A stretch of DNA of 64,000 nt from Bugula neritina (Eukaryota; Animalia; Bryozoa): positions 5,675,190 through 5,739,189 of the forward strand of contig OZ037771.1 in assembly GCA_964035545.1 (NCBI GenBank), given 5' to 3'. Shown here one piece after another: positions 12,600-24,200 of the stretch. The position numbers and the translations under genes are program-made. The notes below the pieces were generated by a model. It ran no database searches, was not told the origin of the DNA, and was given only the letters and a program-made list of their open reading frames with translations. Every line of letters starts with the position of its first letter. The first letter of the stretch is position 1.

Positions 12600-13490
12600 A
12601 TTGAGTGTTGTTCTTTCTTCTTGCAAAATTTTCATGAGGAAATAGTCGGTGAGCTCTGCATCTCTGTTTGAGAGGCTGAAGGCCAAGCTGAGAGCATGCT
12701 TCGGTGACACCTTTTCATCCTTTTAATCCAGCAATAAACCTCACTGCCCTGTGCTGGTAACATTTCCAGAGACTCAATGTCTTGCTAATGTTGGATCCTA
12801 CACGGCATCTGCGTACTCGAGAATAAGACGACACAGACTAGTGTAAGCCAGTAGCTTACCTTCTCTGGAGGCCTCATGTAGAACGTGTTTAATTGCTCCC
12901 GGAACTTTTGGGGCCATATCCTTTTTAAGTGTAATATGTTGATCAAATTTAAAGTTTGACTGCATTACGACCCCCAGTTATGTTATTTTGTCCACTCAAT
13001 CCATCTCTATCTTTCCTAGCTTGTACAGGTCTGTAATTTTGATTGCCAATCGCTATGATTTTTCATTTACTTTCGCTGAAAGGCATTTTCCAATCAACTG
13101 ACCATTTGTGCATGGCATTGATGTTGTCTTGAAATCTTGCAGCATTTTCCTTTGTGCCAACAGCCTGATACAGTAGTGTATCATCAACATAAAGGCTTAC
13201 ACTGCAGTTTAATTTTAGTGGGAGATCATGAATGTATATTAAAAATAGTGTTGGACCTAGAAATGTACTTTGTAGAACCCCTGAGGTCACTTCTAATTCT
13301 AAAAAAAAAATTGTTTTTTTTATCAACTACTTTTTGTTATTTATGCCTCAAAAAATATTGAATCCAGTTTAGCAGTTGTGGATGTATTTCTGGTATTACT
13401 ATTAGTTTTAATTTTTGCATTAGTAAAGCATGAGGTACCTTGCCAAAAGCCTTCTTAAAATCAAGTACCACAACATGTGTCGTTTTCATT
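12600..13490 (-). mobile_element. Degenerate, 5'-truncated non-LTR retrotransposon (CR1/L2-type reverse transcriptase relic)
   Basis: Frameshifted RT motifs: VLDFKKAFGKVPHALLMQKL, VTSGVLQSTFLGPTLFLIYIHDLP, YVDD (the YADD box), and downstream KLLAYTSLCRLILEYA. Confidence 0.88.
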
Positions 13491-14379
13491 GTTTCTTTAT
13501 TTATCGCCGGTTCGAATTCATGGCAAAAACTCAAACTGAAACCGGGAGTGAGAATCAGAATGAGCGTGAGTATCACTATCACTATCAGTACGAAACATTC
13601 AATATTAAATTTAATATAAAATAAAAATTTAAAACTAAAAATTAAATACAAATTAAAATAATAATAGTAATGCAATACTAATAGTGATACCAATACTATT
13701 AGTAAAACTAATACTTATAGTAATAGTAATACTAATTGTAATACTGAGTAATACATATACTCATAGTAATACTAATACTAATAGTAAATGTAATACTGAA
13801 CTGAAAAAATACATTTTCACAAAAACAAAAATTAAAATCTTACATTTACAATGCTGAATGCACGATAACAATTGTGCACTTTTTTCATATATAGATGTTA
13901 AACTGTGGCGTCATTTTTATTCATTTGAAAACAACAATAAAATTAAAAAGCTAGCCTATCAGTATCACTCTATCACTAGGCAATGCCATTATCATTATGA
14001 TTATGATTATAATTTTAATTTGTACTAATTAGTACAGGAACCGGAAATAAGAAATTTGTATTTTTAATTACAAGATTGTTATGTTGGACTCGTGATAATA
14101 TCATGATATTATTCAAAAATTCCAAACACTGAACTAGAAAAGGAATAATATCTTTTCCAGTTCATTAGATCCAAATGTAGAGTTATTTTCTTAAAAAGGC
14201 TGACAACTAAACTGATTTATCATAGCTCAATGCTGTTCGTGATTGACATAAAACTTATAATCTATGGATCCTAGGCTGTTATCAAATAGCAAATAATATA
14301 TAGCCTGTTAAACTTACCAAATAACCAGCAAACCTACAAATACAATAATGTTACAAGTCGTAATCAATGTTGATAAAAT

Positions 14380-14470
14380 ACGTACCTAGTTAGGCTCGCA
14401 AGCTGCTGCCAGCTCCCGCCATAGCGCGGGCTCTTTCAATGTAATAAACGGGGCTCCGAGAGCTACCTCG
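14380..14470. promoter_or_regulatory. GC/CpG-rich core of a putative bidirectional ENOX/RB1 promoter with E2F-like and CDE/CHR-like elements
   Basis: A short CpG-rich patch between the divergent genes. It holds CTCCCGCCA (TGGCGGGAG on the - strand, E2F-like) at 14413-14421 and CGCGG-gctc-TTTCAA at 14425-14439. A minus-strand donor (AG|GTACGT) lies at ~14385, and ETS-like CGGAA motifs lie near 14042 and 14683. Confidence 0.45.
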
Positions 14471-15200
14471 ACTAAAATTAAAAACCTATGTTAGAAACAT
14501 TGAAAGTTGCTAGTATTACTTTATTGGTATTACAAAGTGAAAGTCTAATTAGAAATTAGATTTAGTGCATGATCATCTCAATTTCTCCACTACTGCAAAT
14601 ATCGTTAGAGGATAGCTATGGAGTATAGCCACTAGAGGCTTCCCTATGGTGTTACTATTAGACATACCATTACCAGTTGCTGCGGAAGTCCTACCTGAAA
14701 TAATAATATTTTATAAACCAAAAAAATAAAATAATTAAATACTAAAACTAAAACTAAAAGTAAATACAATTACTGAATTAGTATTACTAATAATAATACT
14801 TGAAGTTAGTCTTGTACTTATACTTATAGATAATAGTTATACTATAAGTTAGAGTATAAGTATAATATTACTGTGTTAGTATAAGTATTACTATTACTAT
14901 TAATATTATAACATTATAAATCATTATGATTATATTTTTATTTACTTTTACTTTTAGTTTTACAGTTTGAATTACTATTACTGAGTATTAGTATTAATAT
15001 TAGTGAGTATTACAATAACTATAAGAATAACTATAACAATTAATATTATTAGCGATTTAGTTTTATAAATAGTGTAACTGTAAATGATAATCATAATGAT
15101 GATGATTACAGATTGTGATAGTGATACTCATACTACTACTAGTTAACATCTAATAACCCGGTTAACGTACTTATTTTTATTTATTGTGATAACCTAGCTG

Positions 15201-18200
15201 ATGAATATGGATAATTTAAAGGCTCTTTATCAACAAACTACAAGCAGGATCAAGCTTAGCAAAGCCATCAACCAAAAAGCATGGCAATCATACAAGCAAG
15301 TGTATGATCTCAATGAAAACCTTCTCTCTGTAAGTTACCTTCCTTCTATTTCTGTGAAAATCGTTCAATGCAGTTCAAGCATTTTCATCTCACTTCTGTA
15401 CTTGTGATCTAGGAAAGTCCGATGGAGTGGTTTGTCGTGCACATTTACTTAGCTTTGTTAGAGCAAGTGATCTCAAGTAAGCAAGTCACTAAGATGAATA
15501 CCTCTGTCACTGTCTCCCTTCTCCTTAACATCAGTAAGATGCAGTAAGTCTAGTCACTCTAGCACTCAAATTTGTGTGCTATGAATACGTTCCTTTCCTT
15601 TACATTGCATATGAATTAACCTATACACTTGCTTCAGCTGCAAAGAATTTATAACAAAGCTGAAGTATACGATGGAACAGAAGTTATCCTCTCCTCTCAC
15701 TGAAGATATAGTTAATGAATTGGTGCGGAATTACATACTCACAGCGGCGCTCCATGACAAGTTTTCAAAGTAAGATGACTCAGCATGTTTCTCTCTGCTG
15801 TAAACATTTTTATTGTTGCAACAATATTTATTAACAAAGCTAAGGAGCAGCCATGGCCTAGTGGTTAGAGTGTAAGCCTGGTGTGACATAGGTCTTGGGT
15901 TCTAGTCCAGGCCGTTGGTGATGTCAGAAAAATCATCTGAATATAAGCGTCTGTGCTTCAGTAAAAGGGGCATGGTATTTCGACTACTTCAAACTCTCAT
16001 AATCAGGGATTTTCACAGGGATGGACACTACAAACTACTGCGAGTGTATTTATTATTAAAGCTAGGAAGAATGAGAAAGTTACTAGGTTATAAGTTTTTT
16101 AAGGCCACAGTTTGAGCAACAGCTGTACATACAATTTTCTTTTCTCTGCAGAGTGGCAGCATGTGTAATGAATATATCGTGCTGCCTGCTTTCAAGTTTT
16201 TGTTTTCTCAAACTTTAGAGTATTTGCTGATATCTTTGTGGAGGAACCCTCCATGTCACATGATCTATCACATGACCAGACTAGGCCAAACTACCACCAG
16301 CTTTTGCTGGAGAAAAAGAAACAGATTTGGTTGCTCTATTTACTAGCAAAAGGTATGAGTTCTAATGGTAATGTATGCCAGTGATGTGTTTTAGGCAAGT
16401 AACACTAGTCTACCAATAAGTGTTCAGCCTAGTGTCTAGCTTAGACTATGGTATATATGTTTATGTTATAGAGGAAACTTCCTTTGACACGTCTGAACTC
16501 ATCACCTCCTTCTATGTGCTCATCTGCTGTTTCATACCAGCCATCAAGTCTACTCCTGCTTTTCTTCTGAAGTCTCCATGGGGTAAGGGTTAGCTTTACA
16601 TACAGCCATAAATGTTTAATTCTTTTCATTCAGAATGAGTTTTAGAAAGGTAATTATTCTGTTATTTTTACTTCTGTTTTCTTATATTTTTACGCACCAA
16701 ACCACTATCACTATGCGTTGCTTCTTTGCCTCAACTGTTGAATATGAATTGTATGGCTAATAGAGTCAAGGTTTCTGTATTTATATAAGCTGTATTACTA
16801 ATGTATTTAAGGTTTATGTGTAATATAAATAATAGTTATTTGAGTGGTAGATTCAAAGTTTATGCATATTGTATGCTTTGGGTATTGTAAAGTATTTATT
16901 TAACTTGTGATGTTGCTTTATTTTGGATTTTTTAATTACATTTTTTGTTTGTGTTGGCCCAACTGATGTCAATGTATTATACAGTTTACAGTATTTCTGC
17001 TCTTATCAATACTTGAATTTGTCTGTAGACAGTTAGATTACAACCATCAGGGTGTTTTAGGTAGTCTGTGTGATAATCTCAGTAATGACCAGACGCAGGT
17101 TCATCTCGCTCTCATGAAAAAGCTCTGCTCAGACTACAAGGTAGACTTAGGTGAAGTCTTGGGACCAATCTTCCAGTCTAACCAATGGGTATGTCTATAG
17201 AGCAGGCTGTTTGCACCATTTTTCACAGGTCACGCCCCTTTTCAGCTGCTTGCTTTAAAATCCTATAAGCATTAGTTTTATAAGCAGTCTGGTATTGGTG
17301 CTATAATTAATATTTTCAGCTGGGTTTATATTAAATATACTTATACTACTGGGTCATTCCACGTCAACTCAACCGATGGCCCACGCCTTTGCGTCTCAGA
17401 TTTTGTTCATATTTACACCAAATGGACCTACACATGTCCTGAGTACTATTCTTGAATATTTCTGGCTTGAAACAAAAACTTTTTGAGAAATGACTATTTT
17501 CATGAACAAAGGTTGGGAAAAATTTTGAGGAAAATTTGCAATTTTTACTTTTAGACCAATTTGTAAACGTCCATATCTCAATCATTTTTTTAGACTGAGC
17601 TTTAAAATTTGGTGTGTGATTTGATAAAACCTATCAGTTTGCACTGGTAGTAACACATATTGCAGAAAACTTTGTGTGCATATATGCTAAGCCATTGAAT
17701 ATTGGCAAATTTTTGTGAATTTTGAAAAATTTCGAATATTTGCCACATCACAAAAGGCGTTAATTTTTATTTTACTTCCATAAATTTTTATCCATAAATA
17801 GTTGATTATGGTGACTTTATACTCCTTAATTTGTGTAATTTTGAAAATAATATTTTTCGAGATATAGACACCCAAAGTGAAGAAAATGTGAAAATTCGCC
17901 CAACTTCACAAGAATGTAACCCGATGTTTGAATATGTTAATATTTTTTAAACAAGAATTTTCTGTAACGTCATTTAGTTTATTTTGTAGATTCATAAATT
18001 TAAACGCCCTTATATTGTCCAAACTTAAAGTAAATCGCACGGAAAAATGGTATGTGTATGAAAATCGGCAAAATGCAATTTTTCAATATAATATGTTGGG
18101 ATCATACATTTTTTATCATTCATATTGTTCAAAATATCAGGTAGATACATATATGTTTCCTATATATGTCAAATCTACTGAAGATTACAATAAAATCTGA

Positions 18201-21200
18201 TTTGTGTGTAATAGCGTAAGAAAAATTCTGCCGATATGCATTATATGATATTCCCATTAAGTTTCAGGTAGCAATTGTTATTTCTGTGAGTGAATGGTGT
18301 GAAACAGCTGAGATTTTGCTGGAATCAAGTACATTAAGTAGCTGAAGCAAGGTTGGCTTAAAAAACATGCCTAAATATAACACCCTGGCCCTGAACACAA
18401 TGGGCCTAATTAATTGAATGACGATGGTGTTTAATACATGCCGGAAATAATTGTGTCTTTTAAAACAGATGTGCCTAAATATAGCAGAATGGCCCTGACC
18501 TCGCCCTAATATGGTCAGTACTGGTTAAAGAATCAAGTAATTGGCCTCATGCCATGTCTAATGTTCATCCTGAAAAAATTTACAACTCTTTTTTTCATAA
18601 CTGGAAACAATGGTCTTCCAACTTTAATATCTGGTTCAGGCAGAATTCCTTTTGCAGTCTTCTGGCTTGCTGTGCAAGGTAATTGTTGGGTTTTTACATA
18701 AGCTGGAAAAGCTTTTCCCTAATACATGATAGCTTTTCACATATCATCTCAGCTATATTATGCTTTTCCATTTTCATTATAGCTAATACACAAAAGCTAG
18801 CATTTTTACGACTATAAAGACCCGGCAGTTTTTTTCTTATCCATACTTGCATTTCACACTTGTACTGGCAACTTGTAACTCACGAGATAACCTTTTTTTA
18901 CGGTGCTATTTCTTCAGTCTGCTACTATAATAAATATTTATTTCTCTAACTTAAAACACAACGATAATTGTTTACTCCAAATTCTATAGATGTCTTATCA
19001 ATGGTCCAGCTTTCTGGTGCCAATGTCAATAACTGGACCTTCTTTTGTCCCAAAGAAACTTTCACCTTATTCAAGGAACATATTAATATGTTCAAATCTT
19101 TATGATTAATAGGCTTTATACAGGCATTTGCTGCTTCTGGGTGGAGTTCCTCTCCCTCTATACTTGCAACTGTGGCAACCTTCTTAGCAATGACCTCCTC
19201 CACTTGATTCTGTTTTTTCCCCATAGTTCACTTTACTGGAAGGGCTAATTTTTGGGGCTCTCCTGGTATAATTCTACTCTTTTGAACTGTAGAAACTGAG
19301 AGAAACTGCGCAATATTAATTGCTTTAAAAAAAGCTGAGCTCTCAGAATACTCTCAGGAAACTAAAAGTGATGCATTTCTTGAAGTTGAGAAGGAAGCAC
19401 AGACACTAAACACTGGAATGACAGAATTGGAAGCTTCTCCCGTGAAAGTTGCAAAATTAGCCCATCCAGTAAAGTGAGCTATAGGAAAAGAAAACAAAAG
19501 AAAGTGCAGGAGGTCATTACTGAAAAGGTAGAAACAGTCTTGGGTATAGATGAAGAAGAACTCCACCCAGAAGCAACAAATGTCTGTATGAAGCGTAGTA
19601 ATCATAAAGATTTGAAAAAATTAGTATGATCCTTGAATAAGGACACGGAAGTTTTCTTATGACTAGAGAGGGTCTAGTTATTGACATTATCTAGAAAAGC
19701 TAGACCATCGATAGAACAGCCATAGAATTTGGAGCAAACAATTACCTGGCCCAGCAAGCCAGAAAACTGCAAAGAAAATTCTGTTTGAACTAGATGGTAA
19801 AGTTGGAAAACCATTCTCTCCACATTCAAAAGAAAAATTTGTAGATTTTTTCAGGATGATGAATATTATTCTTAGCCTGGGCAAATTACTAACCTGATTA
19901 GGGTGAGGTTAGGACCATTCTGCTATGTTTAGACAGGTCTATTTCTAAAGCCACAATTGTTTTCAGCATGCATTAACCCCCTTGTTGACCTAATTCGGAC
20001 TATTGTATTCAGGACCCTGGTGTTATATTTGGGTATGCTTTTTAAAGCCTTCCTTGCCTCAGGTACTTAATGTACTTGATTCCAGCAAAATTTCAGCTGT
20101 CTCACACCATTCACTCACAGAAATAACAATTGCTACCTGAAACTTAATGAGAATATCATATAATGCATATCGGCAGAATTTTTCTTACGCTATTACACAC
20201 AAATCAGATTTTATTATAATCTTCAGTAGATTTGACATATATAGGAGACATATATGTATCTACTTGATATTTTGAACAATATGAATAATAAAAATTGTAT
20301 GATCCCAACATATTGTATTGAAAAATTGCATTTTGCCGATTTTCGTACACATACCATTTTTCCATGCAATTTACTTTAAGTTTGGACAATATAAGGACGT
20401 TTAAATTTATGAATCTACAAAATACACTAAATGACGTTACAGAAAATGCTTGTTTGAAAGATTTTACTGTATTCAAACATCAGGTTACATCCTTGTGAAG
20501 TTGGGCAAATTTTCACATTTTCTTCACTTTGGGTGTCTATATCTCGGAAAATATTATTTTCAAAATTACACAAATTAAGGAGTATAAAGTTACTATAATC
20601 AACTATCCATGGATAAAAATTCATGAGAGTAAAATAAAAATTGACGTCTTTTGTGATGTGGCAAATATTCGATTTTTTTCAAAATTCACAAAAATTTGCC
20701 AATATTCAATGGCTTAGCATATATGCACACAAAGTTTTCTGCAGTACGTGTTATTACTAGTGCAAATTGATAGGTGTTATCAAATCACACACCAAATTTT
20801 AAGGCTCAGTCTAGAAAAATAATGGAGATATGGACGTTTACAAATTTGTCTAAAAGTAAAAATCGCAAATTTTCCTCAAAATTTTTCCCAACCTTTGTTC
20901 ATGGAAATAGTCATTTCTCAAAAAGTTTTTGTGTCAGGCCAGAAATATTCAAGAATAGTACTCAAGACATGTGTAGGTCCATTTGGTGTAAATATGAACA
21001 AAATCTGAGACGCAAAGGCGTGGGACTTTCTGAAATTTGGTTGATTTGACGCGGAATGACCCTACTAGATTTGTCTTCGCTTTTCGAAAATCTGTTTCAA
21101 TGACATCCATAAAGTGTATTGCTTTGTCAAGATATGCTTTTTCAAGTAAGGTTGTCTTGTGGCACCTGTAGAGGGTTTTGTATTTACTGTTTAGTACTTG

Positions 21201-24200
21201 CTGGCTGAAGTTCACATGCTATATTGGTTCTACTCAGATCCATTATATCATGTGAATGTTTGTGTAGCGGTCTTTAATGGAGAAGTATGAAGGTGTGTCG
21301 TTTCACACGATGACCAAGAAGTGGGCGAATCTGGTCAGACCTCTCACTATTGACGGACTTGACTTTATAGAGGCAGCTCCCCTTGTCATACCCAGTAACG
21401 CTACCAGGTAATACCAGCTCTATCATGTTAGATGTATGGAGTAATGCTACCAGGTAATACTAGCTCTATCATGCTAGATGTATGGAGTAACGCTACCAGC
21501 TAATTCCAGCTCTATCATGCTAGATGCATGGAGTAATGTTACCAGGTAAAACCAGCCCTATCATGTTAACTTATCAAATAGTCCTCCAGGTAATGTCAGC
21601 TCTATCATGCTAGCTTATTGGGTAGTACTATCAGATGTATGTACAGCACACACTCCTATATAATATATGTATACATTACAGTCTGCCTCGTTTCCCCAAT
21701 TTTGCAGTGCGGTTGGGACGACTGTCTTACCACCCACACCCATACAGTTCAGACTAAACACTATTCAGCATCTAAAGAACATCCTCTCGGGGTTCACTGA
21801 TTCACCAAGCCCCACTCTCATGCAATATTTTCAAGTAAGGTTTTTGTATGATTAGTTTTTACTCAACTTTTTAATTTTGATTCTAGCACACTTTCTTTTT
21901 ATAAATTGCAGATTTAAGATAATATTCAGGGTGTGTGCTTGTTGTTAGGGTTTTCAAAATATCTGTTTGTATGACACAACATGAATAGTTTTAACAAAAA
22001 AGATGATATCAAACATAGACAGTGCTATACACTGTTTAGTCTTTTCTACATCTTTTTTGGAAATTTGATTTACCTGAAACATTAACAACTATAAGATGTT
22101 ATGTTGAACATGTTATTTTTATCGTTGTTATTAGCTTAAATTTGGTTAACTTACTGTAATTGGCAGCCAGAGTGAATTGGAAGTGATATAAACCTACTAC
22201 ATCTGCTTATCTCTTCCACTGTTACAGTGCGTACTGTATTTAGTCTGTTGTGAACACAATGGCTATCTCTCCTCTTGCAGTGCTGTGGGGAAAACCCTCA
22301 TGACAGCATAAGTACGAGGTTGAGTGAGTTGAAAGAGCGATACACTAGCTCTCCTCTCTGCCATTATTCATCAACCTCTAGTCACCCCGGCAGCGCTAGT
22401 CACTCCGGCAGCTCCAGTTCACAGGGTATCCTGCTGCATAGGTTTAGTCTGATAACTAGGCTCTACTACAAATCACTCCAGAATTTACTGCAGCAGGTAA
22501 ATTTATCTCTATTTGAAATACTTCAAAGTGGTTATGAATTAAAATGAATAAACTTAGTATTGCTTTTTTCGAATCCAGAATTACCTAAGTGAAACACTGT
22601 GAAAACTGTTTTAGTAACCCAATTTATTATGCAGGTATATGCATTCCTTATCGCTCTGTTATTGCTCTGATAGCATATCAAGTAATAGAGTAACATGTTC
22701 TCTAACAGTATTTGATTATTTGCTGTGCCTAAAATATGTTTCAGCTGTTTGATATGTTTGACCAATATTGATTAGTTATCATATATCTCTATATTGCTAC
22801 ATGATTGATTTTTGCTAGTTACCGCTATTTTTAGTTATTCAAGTTTTTTTTATATATATATTTTTAAGCACTTAGAATTGAGTTGAATGCAATAGTATGT
22901 AATATAGTGTGTAATGGTTTATATTATTCCCACACTACACAATACCAATGCAATGTTGGAGTTATCTTCTTTCTCAAGCATGTAACATTGTACTAGGAGG
23001 AAGAGCGTCTCTCTAGAACAGATTTCTCTGCTCTTCTGTACATCGACACCTTCCACAGAAGTTTGATTCTCTGCTCTGCTCTTGTTGTCAACCACGCCTA
23101 CGATGAACAGGTCTCTGCCAATGAAGTGCTCCAACATTCCCTCGCTCTCTTTGACCTTCAGGTACGTGACTTGTCGGAGATCTGCTGCCGAGCTTTTCTC
23201 TTGGCTGCCACTGAGTGTCTGCTCACCTCTGCTCTGATCATTCTCCTAATTTGTTATTCTGTGCTCAATAGACAGTTCTAAATACTCGTACTAATAATAG
23301 AAAAACTGAAGTTGTCTCCACATTATATAGTTTTGTGCTTGTCTGCTAAAATACTGATCACATCTATATGTGTTTATCCCAAATGTAAATATGCTTTATG
23401 ACAGAACTAACTCTTTCGTGATAGGCAATGCTTTGTTCAGATGCCTAAAAGCGTATCAATGACTCAAATACTCAATCCGATGAGTAGAAATAAATGCTCA
23501 GCTAATATTTTTTTGTGATAAAATTATTGGCTTTTATTAGCTACTTATACACATAATATTTTTACTATCTATTTATAAAATTATATATGCATACTGTTGT
23601 AATTTATATTGTGCTATACACCAAAGTAAAATGAATTGCGACTTAAATTTCCCAAATAATTTATTCCGTCCAGTTTAAAATTATACTTGAGCGGAAATTG
23701 GTTTCGAATGAAGACTTCTTTGAGTGTTTCTTAATTAGCCCACAACCTCTCTGATAAATATATTTTGTCAGTTTGTTTAATACCAATTACAAGTTACTGC
23801 AACTTATTTTTTGTGTTATTCAGGCTTACCATATGTGTAAAGTGATTGAATGTTTCATCAAAGCTGAACCTGACCTTAGCGGGGCTTCCATACATCACCT
23901 GAAGCTGTGTGAGGACCACATACTAGACAACTTAGCTTGGAAACTGGTAAGCTACAAGAACTATGTGGATAACAAGTTACTTTTTTTCAATGTTCACTTT
24001 TTTACTCTCTAACTATTGGATCACTCATGCCTTGTACAAGTATTTGTCTTATCTGTACGTCTTATTTCAATGTAAACTGTTTAACTGTACTTATCCCTAC
24101 TCACCAGGACTCCCCTTTGTATGATGTGTTAAACTTCACCGGTACTGGTGGCCCAGGATCCTTGCCAGTTCTCAGTGATTCGCCGACGTGTAACGTGGGT

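Noticed and set aside
13530-15140. AT-rich (TAA/TAC/TAG)-type tracts flanking the putative promoter and the hydrophobic N-terminal part of ORF 13337-13693
   Set aside because: This is degenerate simple sequence; only the C-terminal half of that ORF is a real RT relic.
17364-21049. Paired near-identical ORFs on opposite strands (e.g. 17928-18200 and 20204-20476) suggesting duplicated small genes
   Set aside because: They are by-products of the transposon's inverted arms and have no splice structure or recognisable domain.
21394-21613. Regularly spaced repeats (also 4862-5131) considered as CRISPR-like arrays
   Set aside because: The units are contiguous with no unique spacers, the context is eukaryotic and no cas genes are present.
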